A program made the position numbers and the translations under genes. The notes beneath the pieces are model-generated. The model searched no databases. It was not told where the DNA came from and was given only the letters and a program-made list of their open reading frames with translations. This document shows positions 19,484-28,732 of a stretch of 64,000 nt of DNA, piece after piece (the first letter of the stretch is position 1; every line of letters starts with the position of its first letter). The stretch covers positions 2,816,001-2,880,000 of the forward strand of contig OY761556.1 in the NCBI GenBank assembly GCA_963664705.1, given 5' to 3'. The stretch comes from Acidobacteriota bacterium. GTDB lineage: Bacteria; Acidobacteriota; UBA6911.

Positions 19484-21109
19484 TCAGGTTCTGGGATCTT
19501 CCAGATAGTCGCGTTCGCAGTATTCAAACCAATCAAAATCGGCAGGGATCTTTGTCCCGGCCAGGTCCTGACAGCACATCCCAACGAACGCTCCAGTAAA
19601 GTTGGGATTCCCCGGAGGTCCGGCTTCATCCGACAGAATGCTCGCATCAAAAACCGCAGGGATCCACTGCCAATCCCGACCCTGGACTCTATAGGCAAAA
19701 TAGAGTCGTTCAAAGTCCACTTCCACCCGCATTTCGACAGGCCCATCTGCGGGAATCGGAATTGGGGAAGTGAAAACATCCGGCTGCAATTGATCCGGAA
19801 GGCAGGACATGACCCGTATATGCCGGCCATGATACCCATGCGAGATGAAAAGGTAGTGAAACTTGGAGCCATTGTAATAGCAGATCAGTCCCGCCATATG
19901 CTGGAAAGTTGCGGGATCGAATTCAACTACGGTCGACGCACTGAAACAGTGAGCCTGCTGGCGTCTGGCGACCAGGCTCTGCCGGAAGAGGCTGCCCAAG
20001 TACTCCCGCCCGTACAGTCGCAGGTGCCCGGGCCTTTCACTTAGATTAAAAAGCTCCTCGGGCCATGGAGATCGCAGCCACTGGAATTGCAGCGGGAGCT
20101 CCGGTTCATTAAAATCCTCTCGAGATGGCGCCTCCGGAAAAGCAAACTCCGGCAACCCCGGAGCCTCCACTTCCCGATAAGGGATACCTTGGCCATCCAC
20201 GGTTCTCAGCCAGCCATCGTCCCACCATATCATCTTCTGGATGGCCGTTTCGCGACCAAGCGTGCATCGGCCGCGGTTGCGCAGAGGCCTTCCACAAAGA
20301 TGAACCATGTAGGTTTCACCCGCCTGCGTCTCAACCAGGTCTGCATGCCCGGCCCTTTGCAGTTCCAGATCGGGCCTGTTTCTGGAAGTCAGGATATGGA
20401 CATCGGGATGAAGCTCATAGGGTCCCATGAGCTCGCGCGATCGCGCCATGGTAACCGCGTGCCCCCATCCGGTCCCCCCTTCTGCGGTAATGAGATAATA
20501 GTACCCTTCGCGTTTGTAGAGATGCGGTCCCTCGGTAAAACCCAGCGCAGTGCCTTCAAATATTATGTGCGGATTTCCGGCAAGACCTATTCCCGGGCAG
20601 TACTCCTGGATGGCAATTCCAGCAAAACGGTTACAGCCGGGACGAAAGTCCCAAACCATGTTCAGGAGATATTTTCGACCATCCTCTTCATGAAACAGAG
20701 AAGGATCGAAGCCGCTGCTGTTGAGATAAACCGGATCGCTCCAGTCGCCATCGATTCTGGAACTTGTCACGAGGTAGTTATGCATGTCTCTGGGCGCGGC
20801 GCCCGCCACACCCTGCGTTGTCCGGCCGTAGCGCTTCACATCCGTATAGATCAGATAAAAACGCTCCCCGTCATGAGAAAGGCAAGGCGCCCAGATACCG
20901 CAGGAATCGGGATCTCCAAGCATATTCAGCTGGCTGGAGCGCCTCAATGGTCGCGTCAACAGGCGCCAGTGAACCAGGTCCCGCGAATGGTGGATTTGAA
21001 CACCGGGATACCATTCAAAAGTGGAAGTTGCGATGAAGTAATCTTCGCCCAACCGGAGGATGGACGGATCAGGGTTAAATCCAGCCAAAACAGGATTCCC
21101 AATCTTCAT
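19484..21109 (-). CDS. GH43 beta-xylosidase/arabinofuranosidase (XynB-like)
   Basis: NPVLAGFNPDPS, TSTFEWYPG, WAP, FDPS, TEGPH, GHADLV, GRET; GGAG SD before ATG 21109. Confidence 0.93.
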   Translation of the reverse strand: MKIGNPVLAGFNPDPSILRLGEDYFIATSTFEWYPGVQIHHSRDLVHWRLLTRPLRRSSQLNMLGDPDSCGIWAPCLSHDGERFYLIYTDVKRYGRTTQGVAGAAPRDMHNYLVTSSRIDGDWSDPVYLNSSGFDPSLFHEEDGRKYLLNMVWDFRPGCNRFAGIAIQEYCPGIGLAGNPHIIFEGTALGFTEGPHLYKREGYYYLITAEGGTGWGHAVTMARSRELMGPYELHPDVHILTSRNRPDLELQRAGHADLVETQAGETYMVHLCGRPLRNRGRCTLGRETAIQKMIWWDDGWLRTVDGQGIPYREVEAPGLPEFAFPEAPSREDFNEPELPLQFQWLRSPWPEELFNLSERPGHLRLYGREYLGSLFRQSLVARRQQAHCFSASTVVEFDPATFQHMAGLICYYNGSKFHYLFISHGYHGRHIRVMSCLPDQLQPDVFTSPIPIPADGPVEMRVEVDFERLYFAYRVQGRDWQWIPAVFDASILSDEAGPPGNPNFTGAFVGMCCQDLAGTKIPADFDWFEYCERDYLEDPRT

Positions 21110-21158
21110 AATTTCACTCCCATCGGGGTCAGACGCTGAAAAGTCAACATTAACACGT

Positions 21159-22418
21159 TCAGCACCTGACTCCGCTTTCTGCATCACGAACCACGGTCCA
21201 CAACACGATGGCTCCAAGGACATCCAGAATGCCAAGACAAATAAAAAAGGGCGTATAGCCGATCACCAAAACCAGAGCGCCGATCAGAAGCGAAAAAATC
21301 AAAACCCCGGCATTCCCGAATGTGCCGGCCATTCCGGCCACGGTTGCCACCTCGCCTTTTCTGAAGAGATCCGTCGACATGGTAATCACCGTCACAGAGA
21401 GCGTCTGGTGTGCAAACCCTGCAAGACAAAGCAGCGCCACGGCGACGGCAGGACTCTCCGCCGACCCAATGAAGCCCACGCCCAGCATCAGGACTGCGCC
21501 AACGCTAAAGGCACAGCGGCGAGCATTGACAACGCTTAGCCGGCCATACTTCTGACACGCCATACTGATCATGCCACCAAATACGGAGCCAAAATCGGCA
21601 GCAAGGAAGGGCAACCACGCATAGAGACCAATCTGTTTCAGGTCAAAGTGTCTGACGCTGCTCAAATACAGAGGCATCCACATACTGAGAGTGCCCCACG
21701 TGGGATCGGCAAGGAAGCGTGGGATAGCAATACCCCAGAAGTTGCGCTGCCTGGCAATCCCCAAAATGGATGGCCGAATGCCATCGCTTTGCAGCCGGCT
21801 CTCCTGGCCTTCCCTGATATATTTTTTTTCGCTATCCAATAATGCGGAATGCCGCTCCGGAGCCTGGTAGAATAACAGCCACAACAGGACCCAAACCAAA
21901 CCAAGTCCGCCTGTGATTACAAAAGCACTCTGCCAACTGTGAAAGAGAATAGCCCATGTTACCAGGGGTGCCGCCAGCATCGAACCGGCGGATGCCCCTA
22001 TATTATAGAGGCCTCCGGCCAATCCGCGTTCCTTTGCCGGAAACCACTCCGCAGTGGCCTTCATGCCCGCCGGGTTAGCACATCCTTCGCTAAAACCAAG
22101 CAACCCCCGAAGCCAGGCAAAAGCCTGCCAGCTATGCGCAAGGCCATGCGCCATGCTGACCAGCGACCATGCGGTGGCAAACAAGGCAAAGCCCAGCCTG
22201 AGACCGATCACATCCAGGATGTAGCCACAGATGGGCTGCAGCATGATGGCGCCCTGGAAGACACCCACAATCCAGGAATACTGTTTCTCCGTGATGTGCA
22301 GGTCCTGGAGAATTGAGGAAGCCGCAACCGAAAGCGTGCTGCGGGTCAAATAGTTGATGCTGGACCCGAGCATGATCAGTCCGATGATCCACCAGCGAAG
22401 TCCTTTTATCTTTGGCAT
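21159..22418 (-). CDS. MFS transporter, ExuT/hexuronate-like
   Basis: LRWWII, INYLTR, AEWFPAKERGLAGG and RFLADP.W motifs. Confidence 0.88.
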   Translation of the reverse strand: MPKIKGLRWWIIGLIMLGSSINYLTRSTLSVAASSILQDLHITEKQYSWIVGVFQGAIMLQPICGYILDVIGLRLGFALFATAWSLVSMAHGLAHSWQAFAWLRGLLGFSEGCANPAGMKATAEWFPAKERGLAGGLYNIGASAGSMLAAPLVTWAILFHSWQSAFVITGGLGLVWVLLWLLFYQAPERHSALLDSEKKYIREGQESRLQSDGIRPSILGIARQRNFWGIAIPRFLADPTWGTLSMWMPLYLSSVRHFDLKQIGLYAWLPFLAADFGSVFGGMISMACQKYGRLSVVNARRCAFSVGAVLMLGVGFIGSAESPAVAVALLCLAGFAHQTLSVTVITMSTDLFRKGEVATVAGMAGTFGNAGVLIFSLLIGALVLVIGYTPFFICLGILDVLGAIVLWTVVRDAESGVRC

Positions 22419-22475
22419 AGGCTTAAAAGATTAAGCGCGTGCTCGATGGTCCCTGATTACGAAAATGCAGCCTCG

Positions 22476-23216
22476 CTACCACGCCGTCAGCCCGCCATCC
22501 ACAGGAAATGAGATGCCGTTGACAAACACCGCCTCATCGCTTGCAAGATAAACGAAAGCCCTGGCCACATCCATGGTTGCTGCAATTCGGCCAAGAGGAA
22601 TCTCGCCGAATCGTTCGGCGCGACGCTCCGGATCCTGGAGCACCGCTTGAACAAATGGTGTATCAACGGTGCTGGGATGGATGGAATTGCATCGGATGTT
22701 GTATTTGGCGTACCGCGTTGCAATGGATTTGGTTAGCAGGGTTAAGGCTCCCTTTGTTGCCGTATAGGCCTCATTGGTGTATTTGTGACCAACCAATCCG
22801 CATATAGAGGACATGTTGAGAATGGCGCCGCCGCCGGAGGCCCGCATCACAGGCAATACATGCTTGATGCCGAGGAATGGCCCCTTCACATTGACGGCAA
22901 GCATCGCATCAAAGGATTCTGCAGGCATTTCCTCGATGTCCTTCCGGATATTGATCCCGGCATTATTGACCAGGACATCCAGCCGGCCGGACTTCGAGAC
23001 CACAGCCTCCACCGCAGCCTTCCAGCTTTCCTCAGAGGTAACATCCAGCCGGAGAAACGTGGCGCGATTCAACTGAGAGGCAGTCTTCATCCCCTCCGGC
23101 TCATTGATATCCGCCACAAAAACCAATGCGCCCTCAGCATCGAAATTCCTGGCAATCTCCGCACCTAATCCCTGGGCACCGCCGGTGATCAACGCAACCT
23201 TATCCCTTAAACGCAT
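22476..23216 (-). CDS. Short-chain dehydrogenase/reductase
   Basis: TGGAQGLG, NNAG, YTATK, VDGG. Confidence 0.93.
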   Translation of the reverse strand: MRLRDKVALITGGAQGLGAEIARNFDAEGALVFVADINEPEGMKTASQLNRATFLRLDVTSEESWKAAVEAVVSKSGRLDVLVNNAGINIRKDIEEMPAESFDAMLAVNVKGPFLGIKHVLPVMRASGGGAILNMSSICGLVGHKYTNEAYTATKGALTLLTKSIATRYAKYNIRCNSIHPSTVDTPFVQAVLQDPERRAERFGEIPLGRIAATMDVARAFVYLASDEAVFVNGISFPVDGGLTAW

Positions 23217-23241
23217 CTCTCCCCCTTGCCGCCTGCCGCTC

Positions 23242-24168
23242 CTACACGATTTGCCGGATGGCCGCCGCGATGTGACCCGGAGTCAATCCGTAGATCTCGG
23301 TCAAATCCTCATAGCTATGCGCCGATTGGCCGAACCTGTCATTGATGCCAATACATCGGAACGGCAGGGATTGTCCCTGCAAAACCTCCCGGATCAGGCT
23401 GGCAAGTCCGCCGATAAGCGAGTGTTCCTCCGCTGTCACAACGCCTTTCATCCCGTGGAACAATGCGGCAATCGATGCTTTGTTTGCCGGCTTGATGGAG
23501 CTGACATTGACCACTCGAAGGGAAATCCCTTCGGACTCCAGCATTTCCGCCGCGATGATTGCAGAACTAACCATCTGGCCGTTCGCATAAACAACAATAT
23601 CGCGCCCATGTCGAATCAAATGCGGTTTACCCGCGACAAAAGGCTCGTTCTCAGGCATCACATCGGGCACATCATGGCGCGGCAGACGCATGTAAACCGG
23701 CCCGCTGTATCGGGCCATCGCCCGCGTCATCATCCGCGTTTCATTCCCGTCGGCCGGCACAAGCACCGTCATGTTGGGAATAGCCCGCATGATTGCCACA
23801 TCTTCAACCGACTGATGCGTGGAGCCGTCGCCAAAATCGGATAGTCCGCAACTGGAACCGATAATCCGGACATTCAGCCCCGGGATACATATTCCCTGCC
23901 GGATCTGATCAAAAGCACGCCCCGCTGCAAACACCGCAAAGGAATTTGTGAATGGTACTTTCCCGGTTAGGGAGAGTCCCGCGGCAAACGATGTCATGTT
24001 TGCTTCGGCAATACCCATCTCGAAGAAACGTTCGGGGAATTCCTGCTCAAAGTAGCAGGACATGGTTGATTTGCCCAGGTCAGCCTCCAATACGACGATG
24101 CTCGCATCTTCGCGTCCGATCTCAACCAGTGTTCTGCCATAAACTTCTCGTGGGTTTTGCATCCTCAT
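23242..24168 (-). CDS. Transketolase C-terminal (pyrimidine-binding) subunit
   Basis: EADL, GIAEANM, DGSTHQSVED, EEHS..GGL. Confidence 0.93.
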   Translation of the reverse strand: MRMQNPREVYGRTLVEIGREDASIVVLEADLGKSTMSCYFEQEFPERFFEMGIAEANMTSFAAGLSLTGKVPFTNSFAVFAAGRAFDQIRQGICIPGLNVRIIGSSCGLSDFGDGSTHQSVEDVAIMRAIPNMTVLVPADGNETRMMTRAMARYSGPVYMRLPRHDVPDVMPENEPFVAGKPHLIRHGRDIVVYANGQMVSSAIIAAEMLESEGISLRVVNVSSIKPANKASIAALFHGMKGVVTAEEHSLIGGLASLIREVLQGQSLPFRCIGINDRFGQSAHSYEDLTEIYGLTPGHIAAAIRQIV

Positions 24169-25010
24169 CAGTCCCCACTCCTTTCATCCACCGGTTCGGC
24201 CGACAGACTGGCACAGGCGCTTTCATATTGAGCCTGATCCAGCAGCCCGTTGTGGAACTCCACACGGTTCTCCGCAAAAGAAACTCCAGCCCCCTTAACC
24301 GTCCGGGCAATGATCATTTTGGGCCGCTTCCGGACTTCGTCGGCCGCATCCAAAGCCGAAACAATCTGGCCCATGTCATGCCCGTTTATTTCCGTCACAT
24401 GCCAGCCGAATGCACGCCATTTATCCGCCATGGGGTTTGTATCGAATCGCTGCACAATCGATCCCATGGCTTGAAGACCGTTACAGTCGAGAATAGCAAC
24501 CAGGTTTTCCAGTTTGAATGCGGAAGCAGCCATGGCCGCCTCCCAGATCTGTCCTTCGGCCATTTCTCCATCGCCGACAATGCAGTACACGCGACTGTTT
24601 CGCCCATCGATTCGAAGCCCCGCCGCCATACCACAGGCGATGGATAAGCCTTGCCCAAGCGAGCCGGTATTGGCTTCTACGCCCGGAGTGGATTTGAGAT
24701 CAGGATGACCCTGTAGCACGGCTCCGCAGCGTTTCACATCTGCCAGTTCCCTTTTGGGAAAATATCCACACTCCGCCAACGCGGCATACTGAACAAGGGC
24801 CGCATGCCCCTTGCTCAATAAGAAGCGGTCCCGGTCCGGCCATTGCGGATTTGCGGGATCATGACGCATTTTGTAAAAGTAGAGCGCCGTCACAACATCC
24901 GCGATGGAACAAGAGCCGCCTATATGTCCTCTTTGTCCGACTCCCACCATTTTTACAATATCCAGACGGATGGTTCGCGCCATGCGTTCCAGGCTTTGTA
25001 TGTCGGTCAC
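24168..25010 (-). CDS. Transketolase N-terminal (TPP-binding) subunit
   Basis: GHIGGS, DRFLLSKGH, LQGHP, TGSLGQG, GDGEMAEG..WE; stop overlaps the next start. Confidence 0.94.
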   Translation of the reverse strand: MTDIQSLERMARTIRLDIVKMVGVGQRGHIGGSCSIADVVTALYFYKMRHDPANPQWPDRDRFLLSKGHAALVQYAALAECGYFPKRELADVKRCGAVLQGHPDLKSTPGVEANTGSLGQGLSIACGMAAGLRIDGRNSRVYCIVGDGEMAEGQIWEAAMAASAFKLENLVAILDCNGLQAMGSIVQRFDTNPMADKWRAFGWHVTEINGHDMGQIVSALDAADEVRKRPKMIIARTVKGAGVSFAENRVEFHNGLLDQAQYESACASLSAEPVDERSGD

Positions 25011-25176
25011 GCCCGCTGCTCCTTTCGATTTTCAGACGAATGGCCGAGATGATATCACAAGGAAAAATCAGGGCATCCATCAAAATCCCTACACCAGGCA
25101 CTGCTCTTTGGTAGGATTTGCCCTGGAATGGTGCAATCGGGATCCCTGGGATCCCCTTTTTTAGAAAGCTGGCAAT

Positions 25177-25839
25177 ATGAAGGAAAAAGTTGTGGTTGGA
25201 TGGAGCGGAGGAAAAGACTCCGCCATGGCTTTGTATGAAATCAAGAAGAGCCGCGAGATCGAGATTTCCGCTTTGCTAACTACGGTGACCGAGGGTTACG
25301 AAAGAATCAGTATGCACGGCGTCCGCCGGAACCTTTTGGTCCAACAAGCCAAATCACTCGGCTATGTTTTGGATGAGATCCTCATTCCCCAGACCTGCTC
25401 AAACGAAATCTACGAAGAACGGATGAGGACTGCGCTCGAAAGATATCGGCAGGATGGAATAACGTCCGCCGTTTTTGGTGACCTCTTTCTTCAGGAAATC
25501 CGGGAATACCGCGAAGAACGCATGCGCCGCATTGGAATGAAATGCCTATTCCCCGTCTGGGACCGCCCCACGCCGGAATTTGCGCGGGAGTTTATCGATC
25601 TGGGTTTTCGCGCAATTATCGTATGCGTAGATACGCAGGCAATCGGCAGCGAGTTTGCCGGCCGAGAGTACGACCACGATTTTCTGAAAGATCTACCTCG
25701 CAGCGCGGATCCGTGCGGCGAAAATGGGGAGTTCCATACGTTTGTGTATGACGGTCCGATTTTTAACGAACCGGTTTCGGTGAATCGCGGTGAAAAAATT
25801 CTGCGCAATGATCGCTTCTACTATTGCGACCTCTCCTGA
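25177..25839 (+). CDS. Diphthine-ammonia-ligase-like PP-loop ATP-binding protein (DUF71/MJ0570)
   Basis: WSGGKDS, MHG, FGD.FL, DPCGENGEFHTFV.DGP.F. Confidence 0.9.
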   Translation: MKEKVVVGWSGGKDSAMALYEIKKSREIEISALLTTVTEGYERISMHGVRRNLLVQQAKSLGYVLDEILIPQTCSNEIYEERMRTALERYRQDGITSAVFGDLFLQEIREYREERMRRIGMKCLFPVWDRPTPEFAREFIDLGFRAIIVCVDTQAIGSEFAGREYDHDFLKDLPRSADPCGENGEFHTFVYDGPIFNEPVSVNRGEKILRNDRFYYCDLS

Positions 25840-25878
25840 ACACGTCGAATCGGGGCCAGTCCTCGGAATGTCAAAATT

Positions 25879-26451
25879 TCAGGGGCTGACTCCGGTATTT
25901 TGTTTATTGAACAGGATCAGGCCAACGTAGGTAACGGAGTTATTGCCGTTGTAATAGGGCAAGCCCGCGCTTTTTTCCAGGGCAATGACATTCATTCCAT
26001 AAGCCTCCACAGAGGAGACCGCCTGATCGGGAAAACGGCAGGGTTGATTATCCAAATAGGCACACTTTTCGCATACGCTGCAGCATCCCGCATTCAAAGG
26101 CAACAGTTCTTCCGATGGATAGGCACTCCTTATTCCCGCCATAAGCGTGCGGAAAACCGTTTCGTGCACTTTGGCTGCCGCGAGCATCCCTTTCATATCA
26201 AAGTTGCTTTTGATCTCATGCACCGATTGAAAAAGCAGCCCCTTTTGATAGCTCCGCGCCCGGCGCTCCAGCTCGCTGATCGGGCCGATTGCCGGCGGCC
26301 CCATCCAGTTCGTGTCATACTTCCGGCAGAAATTCTTTTCGCAAGCCTTCCTGAAATCCTCGTGAAACTGAATGGTCGAAGTATCCAGGATTGCGGCATC
26401 AGAAGCCTTCGACTCCCGTGCTATCTTGACAAGCTCATCGCCATCGATCAT
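25879..26451 (-). CDS. DUF2284 Cys-rich metal-binding protein
   Basis: C..N.C..Y..NW..PP, GCC..C..C....PC..P and S.EA.G.NV motifs. Confidence 0.85.
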   Translation of the reverse strand: MIDGDELVKIARESKASDAAILDTSTIQFHEDFRKACEKNFCRKYDTNWMGPPAIGPISELERRARSYQKGLLFQSVHEIKSNFDMKGMLAAAKVHETVFRTLMAGIRSAYPSEELLPLNAGCCSVCEKCAYLDNQPCRFPDQAVSSVEAYGMNVIALEKSAGLPYYNGNNSVTYVGLILFNKQNTGVSP

Positions 26452-26540
26452 AGCTTTTCATTGTGACATATCTTCCATGCGATCTCTATCGCCGAAAACC
26501 CGCCTCCATGATATAAATCCGCATTCAGGAGGACACCCAG

Positions 26541-27332
26541 ATGAATGCCAGACATGTGATCTGTTTGTTGTTTGCGTTAACGCTCTCGCTCCCACTGTTC
26601 TTATCCCCCACCGCCTTTGCCCAGCTTCCGCCATTCAATGCAAGCGGTGTCACGATGGGCCACGTACATTTGCTTGTGCCGGATCCTGCGGTCCACACAA
26701 AGCTTTGGGTGGACCTGTTCGGCGCACAAATCGGACACGCCGGTCCCCTGGAGCTGGTCAAGATTCCGGGAATTGTTGTCCTGATCAACAAAACGCAGCC
26801 GGGGGCTATTCCGGGAGAGCCAACATTCGATCATTTTGCGCTCGTGGTCAAAGATCTCGCTGCGATCCGACAGAAATGCGCAGCCGCCAACATTCAAATC
26901 CCCGAGGGAAAAGCCCTCGCCGCATTTCCCGATGGAATAAAGATAGAATTTATCGAGGATAAGAATCTCGCGGTTCCGGTTGCTTTCCATCACTTCCATC
27001 TTTTTGTGAACGATGCGGAGGCTATTCGAAACTGGTATATGAAAACGTTTGGCGGAGTGGATTTCCCTGCAGGCGCAAACTTTCCAGGCGGCAAAATTCT
27101 TGTCACCGCTCAATCGACGCCCGCGCGTGTCCCGTCTAAAGGCCACCCGTTAGACCACATCAGCTTTGACGTAAAAGATCTTCAGGAATTCTGCAAGAAG
27201 CTCGAAGCGCAGGGAACAAAACTGGATATGCAGATTATCGATGCCACGAAAACGATTGGTCTGAAGGTTACCTTTGTCACCGATCCGGCGGGCACTCGTA
27301 TCGAGCTGACAGAAGGACTTGCGGGAAAATAA
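26541..27332 (+). CDS. Exported VOC (glyoxalase-like) protein
   Basis: Signal peptide (AFA-Q), GVTMGHVHL, HHFH, LDHISF, DPAGTRIELTEGL. Confidence 0.82.
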   Translation: MNARHVICLLFALTLSLPLFLSPTAFAQLPPFNASGVTMGHVHLLVPDPAVHTKLWVDLFGAQIGHAGPLELVKIPGIVVLINKTQPGAIPGEPTFDHFALVVKDLAAIRQKCAAANIQIPEGKALAAFPDGIKIEFIEDKNLAVPVAFHHFHLFVNDAEAIRNWYMKTFGGVDFPAGANFPGGKILVTAQSTPARVPSKGHPLDHISFDVKDLQEFCKKLEAQGTKLDMQIIDATKTIGLKVTFVTDPAGTRIELTEGLAGK

Positions 27333-27349
27333 TCCCTTCTTTTGCAATT

Positions 27350-27394
27350 CGCGAAATTCGTGGCGGTTTCCTGCATTCCGCCACGAATTTCACG
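27350..27394. repeat. Nonamer-family inverted repeat between convergent genes
   Basis: CGCGAAATTCGTGGCGG / CCGCCACGAATTTCACG. Confidence 0.8.
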
Positions 27395-27406
27395 CCATCC
27401 CGGCGG

Positions 27407-28714
27407 CTATTCCGCCAGACTTCGGCGGATATCTTCCTTCACATATCGCCCGGCCCAGAGGAAAAAGATGGAGCCCAGCATGCTTAACGCCGGGACGCAA
27501 AGCAACGAATAGCGAATAGCCATCGCGCCATAAGTCGGCTTCAGGTAGTCATTGATCGCTCCAATAATCAGCGGTCCGCCGCCGGATCCGACCAGAGTCC
27601 CGACCATAAACAACGTGGCCGCGGCAAAAGCCCTCATCCGCACTTTGACCACGCTTTGCACCAATCCAAGAATGGGCCCCATGCGAAACACCATGAGGAT
27701 CATGGCAAAGAACACCGCCACATAGGTCCAGGGCATTGGCGCAAACAAAAAGGCCAACAGCACCGGCCCGGCGAACAGAGAAGTCAGGCCGGGACCGATA
27801 ATTTTCCATCGATCATCCTTTTTGCCCAATTGCGCGATCACAGCTCCGCCGAGAAGGACGCCGGCAATGCCCGCAATGGAATTCAGAGTCCCTCCGAAAG
27901 TGCCGGCTTCAAGCATGGAGACATGGTGGACGCGTTCCATATAGGTTACAAACCATGTACTCAAAGCAAGATCAGCGGAACCGGTAAAGGTAAACCCGAC
28001 AACCATGAGGAAATACGTTTTGTTTTCAACAAAAAACCGCAGAGTCTCACCAACGCCGTAATTCCTGGTGTCCGCATTCTTTCCATCCTGAATACCGCGC
28101 GGAGGCTCCTTAATAGTAAAAAACAGAAGCGCCGCGATGATAAACCCGGGAATTGCCACAACGGTGAATGCTCCGCGCCATCCCAGCGCGGTTCCAACCA
28201 GCCCTCCAATCAATGCAGCCACCAGTCCGCCGACACAGGGCGCAGTCGACATGATAGCCATTGCCATTGGAAGTTTGTTTTTGGGGAAGTAATCGGCAAC
28301 CAGTGAATTCCCGGGTGCCGGAGAAACGGCGCCACCGATGCTGAATCCGACTCTCGCCAGAATAAGCTGAATAATGGATTGGGCCAGTCCACCCAGGATT
28401 GTCACAGCACTCCAGAAGGTAACTCCAATGGCAATCAGCGAGACTCTTCCCTTGCGGTCCGCAATGCGAGCTACCGGCAGAGACAAAATCGAACCGAAAA
28501 GGACGACTGCCAGTCCTGTTACGATTCCCATCATGGTATCGCTTGCCTGGAATTCCGTTCGGATACGCTCAAGGACAATGTTGATAATCTGAATATTTGC
28601 AAACTGCAGGCCCCACACAAGCGTCAGCAAAACAAGTGCATAATAAGCCTTGGTGAGCGAAACTGGGGCAGCGGCTTCTTTACTCTGCTGTTGGACCGCA
28701 ACGGACTGCTTCAT
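27407..28714 (-). CDS. MFS transporter, Spinster-like
   Basis: About 12 TM segments; ARIADRKGR, SLVADYFP, GWR.AF, KEPPRG, RYSL. Confidence 0.88.
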   Translation of the reverse strand: MKQSVAVQQQSKEAAAPVSLTKAYYALVLLTLVWGLQFANIQIINIVLERIRTEFQASDTMMGIVTGLAVVLFGSILSLPVARIADRKGRVSLIAIGVTFWSAVTILGGLAQSIIQLILARVGFSIGGAVSPAPGNSLVADYFPKNKLPMAMAIMSTAPCVGGLVAALIGGLVGTALGWRGAFTVVAIPGFIIAALLFFTIKEPPRGIQDGKNADTRNYGVGETLRFFVENKTYFLMVVGFTFTGSADLALSTWFVTYMERVHHVSMLEAGTFGGTLNSIAGIAGVLLGGAVIAQLGKKDDRWKIIGPGLTSLFAGPVLLAFLFAPMPWTYVAVFFAMILMVFRMGPILGLVQSVVKVRMRAFAAATLFMVGTLVGSGGGPLIIGAINDYLKPTYGAMAIRYSLLCVPALSMLGSIFFLWAGRYVKEDIRRSLAE

Positions 28715-28732
28715 TCATTCCTCCGGGCAAGT

